DNA of 62,805 bases, the filler included, from Choristocarpus tenellus KU-1152 (lineage: Eukaryota; Protista; Phaeophyceae): assembly GCA_964200185.2 (NCBI GenBank). It is 6 parts of 6 records of this genome, joined end to end, with 100 filler letters (N's around TTAATTAATTAA, not from the genome) between each part and the next. Parts side by side here need not be neighbours in the genome. Positions count along the whole stretch, not along the records: positions 19,323 to 40,006 come from CAXNAD020000382.1; 5 more parts are not named here. One strand, given 5' to 3'. Positions 23,183 through 36,700 of the stretch are shown here, one piece after another; the first letter of the stretch is position 1, and each line of letters opens with the position of its first letter. Made by a program: the position numbers and the translations under genes. Below the pieces are notes generated by a model. It did not search any database. It was not told where the DNA came from and saw only the letters and a list, made by a program, of their open reading frames with translations.

Positions 23183-26100
23183 ATGGGGTTGGAGAATCTC
23201 CCAATATATCGTCAAGAGGGATATGTGCAGCCTGAAATCAACTTTCTTCCTGTTTTTGTAGTGTTCACCCTCTCTGTATTTGCTCTAGAGACTCTGCTCG
23301 ACATTCGACAGCACCACAAGTTGAAACAAAAGACTCCCCCGTCTGCATTGCTGCATGTGGTCAAAAAAGTAGACCATGGCACCTCTAATGATAAGCAGTC
23401 CGGAGATGGTGTCGGCGAGAAAGGACTGCTGGAGAAGGTATGCTCAGTTGATCCGTTGACGTCTCTCCTCCCTTGGCCCCAAGTGAGGAGTGTCCACGTC
23501 ACGAATGGCAAAAACAGTCATTGAGCTTAGAAGTTTGCTTGTCTTTCAGGATATTTTGGAATAAAATATATGCAACGCCTTATTTTCTAACCATATCGCC
23601 ATAACCCGCCCAATATTATTTGCTTGAAGGTCCAAGCCAAGTTCACGGCTGCACAGACATACGGGCTTGACAAATCACAATTTCACTTTGTGGAAAGTAT
23701 ATTTGATCTCACGCTCACCCTGGTTATCAACGCTCTGGGTTTCATGCCCTGGCTATGGGACATCAGTATCGTATGCCTTTCTAAAGTTGGTGTAGAGGGT
23801 GCGGGTGACATCCCCATCAGCCTCGTCTTCATGCTTCTGGGCATCTTTTTTCAGGTAAAAAACAGAGCATACGGTGGAAGGTGTAAATGAAGTTCATCCG
23901 TCTCATCTTATATGAGAATCTTTACAAAGTGTCCGTAACAGCAGCACAAATCTATTTATACAGGCTCACATGTGAGTTCACCAGCAGCTCAATACATCAT
24001 TTTATCATTCGTGTTTCTTCGCCACTTCAGACGCTTGTGGGTCTCCCGTTCTCTATGTACTCGACATTTGTGATTGAAGTCAAGCATGGGTTCAACAAGC
24101 AGACTATTGGTCTATTCCTCGCTGACAAGGTGGGCTACAAGGGTGAAGAGATGGATAACTTCGGACTTTTCAATTATGTGTGCCAGTGTCAGTTTTTTGT
24201 GCTCTCTGAGAAAAACTCTGCCTGTAGCACTCGGAGTTTCCCTATCCAGTAACGTCTTGTCGTATCTCCGCAGCATTTCCTTCCTTTCTTTGCTGTCGAT
24301 GCAATGAAAGAGATAACATTTTTTGAGGTGTAGAACTTACGATAGGTACCGTGTTTCACCACCACATGTACCGCACTTGATGGTCGCATTGATTCTGACA
24401 GACACACGCACGTCTGTGTGTCCCAACACAGCAAGCCTCATTATTAATTTCTTACCTTTTCCGGGAAACCCTTACTGCTTCTTCTTGGTGTATGTGTCAG
24501 TAGGTGAAAGGATTGCTCTTGTCGTTTGTAATTGGGGCCCCAGCCGTTGCAGCAGTCCTGTACATCATCGACTTGGGAGGCCAATATTTCTACATGTACA
24601 TATGGGGCTTTCTGGTGTTCCTGGTCTTGGTGATGATGACAGTGTACCCGATATGGATCATGCCTCTCTTCAACAAGTACACACTACTGGAGGTAAGGAA
24701 GAGAAGGTATCAAAGTAAAAAGGATTTCATGTCAGGAATTTCTCCTACATGAGGGGGGGGGAAAAATACGCCCAGAATCATTACTTTTTTTTTTGTTGCT
24801 TGACTGACGCTTCTACTCACAAACCACAAATAACAGATAATAATTCTAATCACAAACAACAGATAATAATGGAACACTTCTTAGGTGTTGCACTTTTGTC
24901 TTTGCTCTTTTCACACAAAATTGGTCATCTTCTCTGATGTACCTATTTGGTCTAACAGGATGGGGAGTTGAAGACGGCAATCGAAGCTTTGGCAGCAAAG
25001 GTCTCCTTTCCTCTGACAAAGCTCTATGTGGTTGATGGATCAAAGCGATCTGGACACAGCAACGCCTACTTCTATGGGTAAACCTTGGGGCACCTCATTG
25101 CCTCGCCTCCCTAGTTTTTTGTTTTAAGATATTGTACTGTGAATCGCCATACTTCAATTGTCTTCTGTTACATTTATCTCTATAGCTCAACTGAAAGAGT
25201 TAGGTTGTTCAGTTATTTTTCAAAATCTCAATGCATACAGAAGTGTGGCTACTGATTTGTCAAAGGTTACAGAAACACACCTTCATCGCTGGGAATCTTC
25301 TTGGAATCTTCCTCTTCAGACCTGTGAAGGCTTTGGAGTTCTTACCTTATACCTCTACAGTGCACTAAGATTTCATTCGGTTGTTTCAAATCTTTTTATT
25401 TCTTTAGGTGAATTGACCATGCGTCATCATTTCTTTTGTTTCACAGCCCTTGAAAAAGTGGTAGTGTGAATGATCAAGTGTGAATGAAGCTGTATTGAGA
25501 CATGTGCTCGTTTGAGTTTCTCAGTCAGGGCAGTGTATGTGAAGGTTAAAAAAAATCGTTGGAGGCATATCATTATCATATCATTATCTGAAAATCTGAA
25601 CCGGTTGACTGGAAATTGATATGTTACGATGGTTTGTAGGATAGCAAGGGCTTGCTGAGTATCCAAGAGTCTTGTGGTGTAGAAGTTGGGCTGTTTGTAG
25701 AGGCAGTTGAGAACTGTGTGTGTCTGTCTGTCATTTGTTGTGACCAGAAAACATATATCAGGATGGAGGGACTCTTTGTGTTGTTATTGGATATCACTTG
25801 ATGTTCTGTTTTTCTATGGCATAGCACATAATAATTTTAATAATTTTCGATGAATGTTGCTTGTGACAGCTTTTGGGGTGTACACTGAACCAGGCGTCCC
25901 CCCTTTTCCTGAATTGATTCCTTCCTCCTCTGTCCTCTTGGAAATGGTTCTTGTGGTGTCTTCTCATTGCCGCTTTAGATTCTTCAAGAACAAGAGAATA
26001 GTTCTTTTTGACACCCTCATCCAACAGGTGAGAAGAACTCTCTAGCAGACGACATCCTTACGCCTCTGCTTCGTGGTGGCCTTGGCTTACCCATGGCATT

Positions 26101-29100
26101 GTTTTAAAATGTATTAGTACACTACTTTAGTGCACTAAAATGGCTTGTGTTAGAGCCTCACACGCCTGATAAAAATGGAAATCTTGGTTCGATTGCTTGT
26201 CCTCCTCCGCACACCCTAACCCGTTTTCCTTACAGGATGCCACACCCCAGTCTTCCATCCCTAAAAATTGATGTGCCATGACCTGGCCATTCCAATTTGG
26301 TTGTCGGAAGTATTGCTAGTAGTGGTTTTTGATCCTTTCATGGCACTTCATGTTCTTTGTTGTTTGGAAAAAAATAAATAAATATATATACATATATAAA
26401 GTAAAAAAAATCAATGAAAAAGGACTAGAAGAAAAAACCCACCTATGTTATGAGACTTGGAGTTGTAAGGAGGATATCATTTTCATTTTCCCGAAAGAAC
26501 ATCTGGTTGACACACCACAGAAAAGGGAAACAAGAAAATCAACATAATTGTAGTGGTCTGTGGCCGATCATCACATCACGGTTCCTGTGTTGGTTCTTAT
26601 TTTTTTCTTCTGAACTGTGTAAACATATAGTGCTTCACAAACATCAGATATTGACTGCTCAGATATTGACATGTCTTGATGTTGATATGATAGACAAGTG
26701 ATGTGCACACGACGTTTCGGTGAGTCCATGCTGCTTCTGCTGTGCTACAGTCCAGAATATTAATATTGACATTAGTTGGTGCCCATATTCCAGGGCAGGT
26801 TTTTCATGAGTTGAGCCTCTTAAAAGAGCAGTACACCAGAAGGATAGATCTCTTTTATTTGTGGTGTAACACTGTTCAATAGGCCTCTCAGAGTGTGTGC
26901 GATGTTTTTTGGTATGTTGGATCATTACTATTGAGTCTCACTCTCTAGTCATGTTTCCAATGAGCTACCACTGTAAGCTCTAGAATGGATTGACTTAGCT
27001 CTCTACTGAAGATTGTTGTCCCCGGTATGTGAACAGTGGAAATGTTATTTAATTATTTTTTAAAACTAAATATTTCTATGTTGTCGCATGAAATTTTTAG
27101 TGCATGGACTGAGTATGTTCAGAACACATGACATTACATAAATATTTTTTGTTTGATTTTTTTTTTCAGTTACGTCCCTCTTGTAGAGCTGCAGTTGACA
27201 CATGAAGCTTTTCGAAACCTTCACTGGGGTACACACCCCCACTGACTTTCTTAGTTCCCTTGGACCATGACTATGATACCACTGCTGATATCCACAGGCA
27301 AGCGTTGATGAGATTGTGGCCATCCTGGGTCATGAGCTGGGCCACTGGAAGAAGTCACACACACTTCAGGGTTTTGCCATCTCGCAGTCGTACGTGTTTG
27401 TCTCCTTTTGTGCGTTTGCCCTTGCCTCTGAGCTGGGGGAATCTTTGCGGATGTCATTTGGGTACTCTGCTCCTGCAACGCTGATCACGCTGTACCTCTT
27501 CTTTGCTGTGGTGAGTGAGAGATGAGTGTACCTTATTTTGATCCACTTCTTTCTAGTACTCGGGGAGGGAGGGGGGGGGGAGGTTATTTTATTTTCTGTT
27601 TGGATTTGCAGTGTACTTCCTGGTTAAGTTCCACTTATCGATGATTAGGGTTAGGGTTAGGGTTAGTGTGTTTCGTTTGAAAGTTATTTTTGCGAGCTCT
27701 GCGGCATCATATGTGTAAAGGTATGGGGGTGGGGGTGAAAAGAGTGGGTCCTCTTCTAGTACTTGATAGGTGTTGTTCCTAAGTATATGTGAGGGGAAAA
27801 AACATGAGAATACCTTGCTGTGGCATTAATAATGCATTGAGTCCAAAGCACAAACCTCGACTTCCTCTTGGTAGCCAGATTGTGGGGGCATTAATGCCTG
27901 ATTTTTCTGACTAAACTTTTGGCTCCCAGCTGCAGGAGGGCTGGAATCCTGATATATCATAACACACAAGAACTGACATGGATTTCATGCCATTTGTTAC
28001 ACATATGTATGTTACTTTTGCACCTACACCCACCGTTGCCCTTACCCTGATGCTAGTTCACGGTGGGCTCATGTGGCAGGTGCTAAAGATAAGAATTTGT
28101 GTACATGAGAAGAACCTCAATGCAGACAACACCATGCTACATTGTTTGTAACAGTACATAATGTGACATGAAACGGTACTGACTGGACCTCAGTGGTTCA
28201 ACCTCCCCTCACCTTCCTTTCTCCCTTCCCCCCTCATCTTGTAATTGCACTCTGATGATGAATGGTTTTAGATGTGGGCCCCAGTGGATAATGTGCTGAG
28301 TGTGCTGATGAACATGCTCTCAAGAAAAAACGAGTTCCAGGCTGATGCTTATGCTGTGGAGCATGGCTACTCCAAGGACCTTGTGACTGGTTTGGTTAAG
28401 CTTCAGCTGGAGAACCTGGAGAACATGGTAAGGGATTTAGATAGACAAGGAGGGAGCTTGTCCAGGGTGGTTCCTCCGAAGTGTCTTCCCCTTGAGCACC
28501 AGGAATATGCTGAATGGTTTACTGTTTGACTGTACCTATGCAGTATACTAGCAGGTGTACTATGATACCAAATCCTGTACTCTTTTCATTGTTGATGAAT
28601 TAGGTTATTCTAGGGCATGTGTTAGGTGTAGGTAGAGGTCGTCATAAGTGCAAATTAGTCTGGGTGATGATTTTGCTGAGTACAGGTAAGTGGATACCAG
28701 TTGGGTTGACAAAGACATAACTTTGCACATGCACACCTTATATTAATCCTATTGAAGAATTAGCCCCCATGCAACACATGCAATAGGAAGGATCTGTGTT
28801 GGAACTATTTTACCTAGCCAAAGTAATATCGGTCACTCATTTGCCTCTTCAACTGTGAATTAATCTGGAAAGGGAAGTTGTATGAGTGTAGAGTAATATT
28901 GACCAGAGTAACGCACACATTTTTTGGCAAACCCTTACATGGAACAAAGTGCACACTTCATGACATGTAACCCTCTCACCCACCACCGCCCCCTGGCTCT
29001 GTGTGCCTTGCGCATGTGCTACCCTGGGACAAAAATATGTTTTTTGTGCTTGTGTGAATCCACAACCAAAATCCGCAACCAAAGAACCCTGATCCATGGT

Positions 29101-29180
29101 ATTCTGCATTCCACTACAGTCACCCTCCTCTTGTAGAGAGGCTTCAGGCTATTGCTATTGCAGAGAAGAAGGTAGATTGA
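23183..29180 (+). CDS. STE24: CAAX prenyl protease 1 (STE24/ZMPSTE24, peptidase M48A), 466 aa; exons 23183-23437, 23630-23854, 24031-24129, 24504-24692, 24959-25077, 25979-26027, 27298-27510, 28272-28427, 29085-29180
   Basis: Motifs [45 protein letters not shown], zinc-binding HELGHW (27331-27348), [12 protein letters not shown] and [12 protein letters not shown]-terminal KKVD fits a KKXX ER-retrieval signal. The nine exons total 1401 nt with consistent phases. Confidence 0.97.
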
Positions 29181-30769
29181 AGGTACTCTTGGAAAGAGAG
29201 TTAGCACCGACCACACTACATAGGTGTGATTGATGCAAACTTATAGACCACTTTGCTAAAGATGGAGATACTGCTCAGGATTGGTGTTCTGGATGTGTGT
29301 GTAGGTGTTTTTTTTTCTAACAAGATTGAAGTTGTAGTTCTTTTGGGAAGTACTTTAGCTGTAGACAAAACTACTGTTTTCAGTGGGAGGTCATCCCATG
29401 TGAGTTTGTCTAGCACCACTGTGGATGAAGAGTGATAAACAATTGTACAGAACTCTAGTATTATTGAAGAACCAACGCATTGGACAGGTTTCAACATGGG
29501 ATACATGTCAAGTACAGACTCTGCTGGGAGTGCTTGACACCAGTACAGGTTCCGTGCCCTGTAGCTCTGACATCTCTCTACACAACTGTAGCATAGAGGC
29601 ATTGTCTGGTAGCATAGACTGAATGTGAACTACTCACACTCTAAATTAGGTGGGATAGAGGTAAAGTGTAGGGCTTGGTCCAATCACATGAACAACGGTC
29701 AAAACTTGTGTGCAATGATTTTGTTTACAACAAATCCTCGCCAAAACCTCCCCTCACAACTGGGTACACAATAGTCTATATTTGTAAGGACTGGATGAAG
29801 TAGTGGTCGGTACCATTAATATGAATAGTGTTAAACCCAGAACATTTGGGCATATTTGACCTGTAATTCTAGTGTCCACCACCACAACATAAAACCTTCT
29901 AGAGAGCAGGAGACCAGCTCCTCTGTAAAATCTATATTGTATGTTTCTATTAAACAGAATTCTTCAATTGTGATCATTTTCATTCTTCTAAAAATAAAAC
30001 AAGTAGACTTGATCAAAGAGACAATAATGGTTATAATTTACCCTTAAAGATGCTGTACACATTACACTGAAAACACTGTGAAAACTCCACATAAAGCGAT
30101 GAACTTTGCACACAATATTAGACTTACCACAGCTTTCACTTACACTTCTGTAATATATACAACGCAAGACCCCACCAAAGCATTGACTGTTCTTGCACCC
30201 CACAAGAAGAAGAAAGCCAGCAGTGAATATGTATAATGTTGGCAAACAAATTTTCAAGGGCGTTTCATCATGGTTAGGGAGTGTTCCACCGAACAATATA
30301 GGACCCACCTGTTTTGTGTCTCAGATGGGTGACGAGCTGCCGTTAAATCTCATCATACATCTACAAAACCACTAGGGGGACAAAACAGGCATGACTCCAC
30401 AGCCTTCGTCAGGGAACCAAATGCACAAGGAAGAAGATGTATTTCATGTATAGCTTCACATCAGGATATTAGAAAGAACTTCCTCAACAAATCCACAGCA
30501 GAACAATATTATTCTGCCATGACAAAGTGCATCTTCAGCCTGCTCCCATATAGCCTCAAGGGTCCTGGGAGTACTCCAGAATGATCTATGGATTATCATG
30601 TCCACTTCTCCTGCTGAGGTCTCACTACAGCCAGCATGTAAAAACAACCAAAGTGACCAAACAGTTACAACAGTCATGATTAACGCCTGCCATGAGAAAA
30701 ACTTTCACAGTGTTTCTATCTGCAGGTTTTCGAGCAAAAAACCCATGACGTACAAGCATATACTGCAGG

Positions 30770-33700
30770 TCATGCATAGTAGTCCAGTGACCCCTTCTTC
30801 TTGGCAGACACAACATTGATGCCCTCCATGAAGTCCTCATGTTTGATCTATGCAGGTGAAGTAGAGGTTGGCAGACAAGAAAGGGGGGAGAGGGGGTTGA
30901 GTTGAGAGCTGATAACATTTGAGATTGGAGCTTGTATGCTCAAATAACAGAGGATCCAAGCCTTGAATGATTTAGCTACTAACCTGCCACTTTTTTCTAC
31001 CTCCTACACTACTCCACACATGTCGGGTGAAAGCAAAACAAATTAACATGGTTTAAACTTCTCACTCCACCGGATTCTATTATTAAAATTCTAACACAAG
31101 CACCAACACCTTACCGCCTCACAACCCAACTAAAGCATCAAACCATACATGTAACCTCACTCAAGGCTAGATAATGTGCCCATTAAATCAACCACTTCAC
31201 AACTGTTCACTCAATTCACATGACACCATATCATTCAATGCATCATATGGTGCAGGAACAACATCAACATGCCACAGAGATTTGTGCGTACTGGAACATA
31301 GAATGAAAGTTGGTGAGTGGTGCACACTCATCTACTACCAACGCCTTCCCGATTCATTGCAGTCTCCCCCCTCTGCAATACAATACTAATCTTTGACTAC
31401 TATCTACAGCACATGAGAGGAAACCAAACAGATCACATAAACAAGCACACAAAATCAAAGCTACTATAGTAAGTATACACATTTTACTAAAATTTACTGA
31501 GTACATGTTTCAGCAAAGGCTCCAAAGGGCTTTGGACCATGGTGGTTTCTTAGTCAATATTATCCCCTGCCCCAAGAACTACCCATGAAAAGGACAACAC
31601 AGAAAACATCTTAAGCTGTGTTAGCATACCACAACAGCCTTAAATTGTAAGCACCTTGCAAGTCCACATCATACATCCCCATCCACAAGAATGAGGCCAA
31701 AAAAAACATACTATGAACTCCATTCACTTTACATCTACATGCCCCATAAGACAAGCCAATAACATCACACCGTGGCCCATACCCTAACCTCAGACCACAA
31801 AACAGAATAACAAACCACATCACACTATTCAAACACTAAAAAAAAGAAGATAAAAACCACCTATGATCTGAACTTGCAGGGTGGGACACAAACGACGACA
31901 CCAAGCTGCACCAATCGATTTCAGAATTTAACCCCCCCTAACACTAGAAGGTCTGTGTGAACATGTTGAGTCCCTAAACAAAAAGTACCACAGGCTCATC
32001 ATGAATTCTCTTTTTTTTCTAACTGAGTTTGTCTCGGTCGACAATTGATAATAGGCGTTTCTGGTATATCAACAGATACACATCAAACTACACAATGATA
32101 GTAAGAGCACCTACATGGGGGGAGAGGGGGAAAGGGGTCAATCACAAAGGAATATCAACTGACCTGTTCTGCCTCACGCCTTAGCGCAAGCATGCCCGCC
32201 TCTACACACACCGCCTTGAGCTGTGCCCCATTGAAGTCATCACAAGACCTTGCCAACTCCTCAAAGTTCACATCTCCTGTAGCAAGCAGCATGAACAGAC
32301 GCATTACACATCATCAGTGGAAGGGCCAATGGCAGCCAAAGACATTGGCAGCTATAGCTTAGAGGACTTCCCGGACACTAGTTTTCATAAAATGAATATA
32401 CATACATATTGATAAAAAGAACAAAATAAGATAGAAATGACAAGGACGGACATAATGGAAGAGAAACTGTTTAGGATATCTCACAAAGATACTTGAATGC
32501 ACAGGCACAAGCCCAAAATTTACAAATCTCCCCCTCATATCAAGACAACCTGAATACACACATATCAAAACTATTCTAATACCTCATCCACTTCCATCAT
32601 CTCTATGAAGGTTCACTTGTACAGTAATCTCCAATGTGACAGATCTTCCCCCTCACTGCCTCTCTCGAAAACAATGGCCCCTTCCCTCCCTCTTACAAAG
32701 ACCAGCACCACCAAGGTATCTCCCCTTACTCACCACAATAGCGGAAACAAAAAGTCCTACCTACCTCAACAATAGGACCATAGGGTTACCTTGGGGTCAG
32801 ACCTCTGCCATAGTAAATGACCCTTGATAGCAGTCAATAGTTTCTTTCCTAGCCTTCTCAACACTCCTTTTCCAATACCCTTGATTGATAGCTGTCAATA
32901 GGTTCCTCCTTACCTTGTAAACATACACTTCTTTTCCAATACCCTTGATAGCAGTCAATATTTCTTTCTTACCTTTGTCAACATTCATTTTCCGGCTGTG
33001 TATCTGAAGAATCCTCCCCCTAGCCTCCTCTGAGGGGTGTGGCAACTCTATCTTCCTGTCCAAACGGCCTGAGCGCAATAGTGCTGGATCTAAAACATCT
33101 GGTCGGTTAGTTGCTGCAATGACCTATTCACAGCAACAATTCCAAAAATAGATTAAAGGGTTTTCAGAGAGGAAAGGTCTGGGAGGACAAATCTGTGTCA
33201 ACTGTCAACAGGGAGGGAAGCAAGAGGGGTCGGGTCATGAGAGCTCTACAAGGCTGGAAGGGCTACACAAAAGACACAAAGTAGCCCCACACAGAGAGCA
33301 CATGGCCTTGATTCAAACACAGAATTGGATGGGGTGTCAAGCCTTGTCATGAATACAGAAAACACACAGTGGTGAGAAATTTCCTGTAATTCTTCAAAGT
33401 ACATGTAGATTAAAAAAAAGTTGATATATTCGGGTGCAAGTTTCACAGCATAATAAGTAGTCCTAATCTGAGATTAATAACATCAGAGATGACACATGTC
33501 TCACCCACAGAGCTGCAAAGCTTCCACTCACATAGGTGCAGTAACTGATGCCCCAGTACATAGATTACACAGTATTAATCCTTCACAAAATTAACAACAA
33601 ATTGTATACATACATACATCCTACTACCACTAGTTCAATGTATGTATACATTCAATGTGCCAAAAACCAAAAAACAAGGCCACAGGATACTTTCCCAGTC

Positions 33701-36700
33701 ATTGCTCCTCAATCACGCCTTCCAACACAAGAAAAATATCACCATATCTCTGTAAAAGGTAAGGGACATGCCACTAATCTGTTCCCTGCTTGTACAGTAC
33801 AAACAGCTCAAGGCATACTTCTTTATCCCTAACCCTATAACCCTAATCACCTTGATCTTTTCATTGCTGCTAAAGCCATCCAGCTGGTTAAGCAGCTCCA
33901 GCATAGTGCGCTGTACCTCCCTATCCCCGGACTGCTCACCCCCAAACCGCTTTGTCCCAATAGCATCAAGCTCATCAATGAAGATAATAGCCCCACCCTT
34001 TTACACATGATTCCACAACACACAACACACGCGAGTGAGCGCAGGTATGAATACCTCAATCCAGTACAATCACCTAAAATAAAAGCACAGTGAGGTGGTA
34101 GATCAGAACACTTGCTTAAAATAAAAAAGACTCAATGTCTTTTGATTGAAGATCATCACATCTCCGCTACTATCACTATTACTCTAATTCTTCTAATTTA
34201 CACCTATACCTTTTCTTGGTCCTTGCACTTCTCCTTGGCCAGCTCAAATGCATCCCGAACGAGCTTTGCTCCATCCCCAATGAACATCTGCAAACAAGTA
34301 GAGATATTTTTTGTCGACAAAGTACAGTACAATCTTCAGGCTAAAACCACTCTCAGGGGCTTAGGTAAAACATACTTATTAAACACTCAACATTAGGAGG
34401 CCCTCTAGGAAACGTGCATTATATCTTTTGTCAGAACAGCTCCATCTCCATCAATGCTTAGAGCTTGGACTCAATAAAATATACCAAAAGTGCAAATAGT
34501 GCTCTCCATGCATACATTGTCCATGGTTTTCTGTATTCTCCAGAGTGTTTATTACTAACAATACGACTACATGAAGGATTCAAAAATAATAACTCCAACC
34601 ATGGGTGCAACACATCTTCACATTCAATTGTGTTACCCTAACCCTAACCCTAACCCAATGATACTTGCGCAGACACTACACGAACACTATTGAAGGCATC
34701 ATCAACACCACACACTATTGAACCTCTTGAGTAAGAAAGAGAAGAGACACCTTGGCTTCCAGAAGAGCTAACTCAAACTTGAAACTGTGAGCAACTCCTC
34801 CTCTGTACCCCAAGCACCAGGTGGAACTGCACCTAGTATCCACAATACAATTTCTTAGAAGTAAACCTAAGCATGGAGACAGTTTATCCCCTTCCTGGGT
34901 AAAACATACGCCTAGCAATTGCACACTAGAAATACATGCAACCCTAACCCTAACCCCAGAATACAAACAACCAAAAGATGCCCTTTATCTCCTACTCATC
35001 ATCCAGAATATCAAACCTCAACTCCAACCAACTCCATGCATGCAATGCCCGAATCAAACAAGGAAAGACAACGCCTCTTCACATAGGATAACCCATAGTA
35101 CACCACACCACAATGATCAGCATAGGGCACAAAACCCCACCTGCACTAGCTGCGGCCCTGCCAGCTTAAGAAAGATAGCATCCGTCTGCTTGGCACATGC
35201 ACGGGCCAGGAGAGTCTTGCCTGTACCCGGTGGCCCATGCAACAGGATGCCCTTTGGAGGTTTAATGCCAATGTTGTCAAACATGTGCTTGTGTGTCATG
35301 GGGAGCACCACTGCCTCAATTAGTTCCTGGATCTCCTTATCCAACCCTGCATCAAAACAAATCATGGCATCATCGATCATTAGAGTGGTGAGGGTCAGGA
35401 CAGTGAGATGAGATACAGTACTCTCCCCAGTAATAAATGGAGGGAAGCCAAGTAGAAAGGGTGGCACCTCTTGGTCACTCAAAGTCCCATGCAATCTTCA
35501 CCCACGCACTTGCACATAGCAGTTACAAAACACACACCTCTCCGCTAACTCTACAACTCCTTATCCAATTCCATTTTTTGCTTATTATTGACATCCAATC
35601 AACTCACACCAAAAAGAACATCCAACCATCCACACATTGCAGTGTATTGTGTACAATCTATAATAAAAGTGCATCAAATCTTTTCTTCCTCACAAATCAG
35701 GGCAAATAACCTCACCGCCAATCACATCCATCACCTCCCCTTCCTGTACAGAAACCTCTCTAAAAATAGAAAAACAAAAAAACACACACACATCAAAAAA
35801 GAAAAAAAAACATTAAAAAGGAAACTTCAATTTCAATCAAATTGAAACTCAAAAGCACCACCATCCCACCCAACACCCAAGAGAGTATTCCATCCATCCA
35901 CACATCCACTGCTTGTGACGGATTTAGGGTTACTTGATTGTTTCCTTCCCCTAACCCTCACCCCCAATATCACTGTACTCCTCTGTTGGCTTCTCATCCA
36001 CCTCCATAGCCTTGACACGGTTATCATACTCTGCTGGTAACTTCTCAAGAATGAGATAGCTGTCCTTGTTTGTGCCCACCAGGTCCCCAGGGGTCAGGTC
36101 GACTGTGGGAACCAGTCCTGGCACTGGAAGGTAAATTGTCTGCATATATAATAATAAAAAAAGAGAAAATAGTTCCGGAAACATAGTAAGTAAAAGAGTA
36201 TATATGAGGACATAAAGGGTTAAGGGGGGTGTCCATTTCTTTCAGACAATGAGAGCAAGAATGACAAGTTCTTGGTAATAGTTGGCGTTGGTAGAGATTA
36301 CAGAGGAGGGGATGCGACGAATTTAGTGTGGTTGAGTAAGATTTCTTCTTGTCATGTGGAAAATGATGTGAGAATTGTGACAGTGCCTCTTCTCACAGTT
36401 CATCTATCGCAGTGAATCAAAAGTTAAGGCTCTCTTCCGTAGAAGTTAAATCACCTGCCAGAAAAAATAAAATGAAAAACAATTAAACTATCAAAATGTA
36501 TACACAACACACTAACAGAGGTGTGGGGATTGCCAAGCTCCACAGGCACTAACTACTGTGCTCAGTGAGCATTCAATCAAAACATCAAATCAAAATTTAA
36601 CCCTCAATTTATCATTTTTAACCATTTACAATCGAAAAGTCTTACAACATCGAAGCGCTATTGAATCATCACTTTTTAATTGACAACGCTAACCCCATCA

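Noticed and set aside
34821-35411. 196-aa plus-strand ORF
   Set aside because: Antisense to an RPT5 exon and its intron, with no protein-like features.
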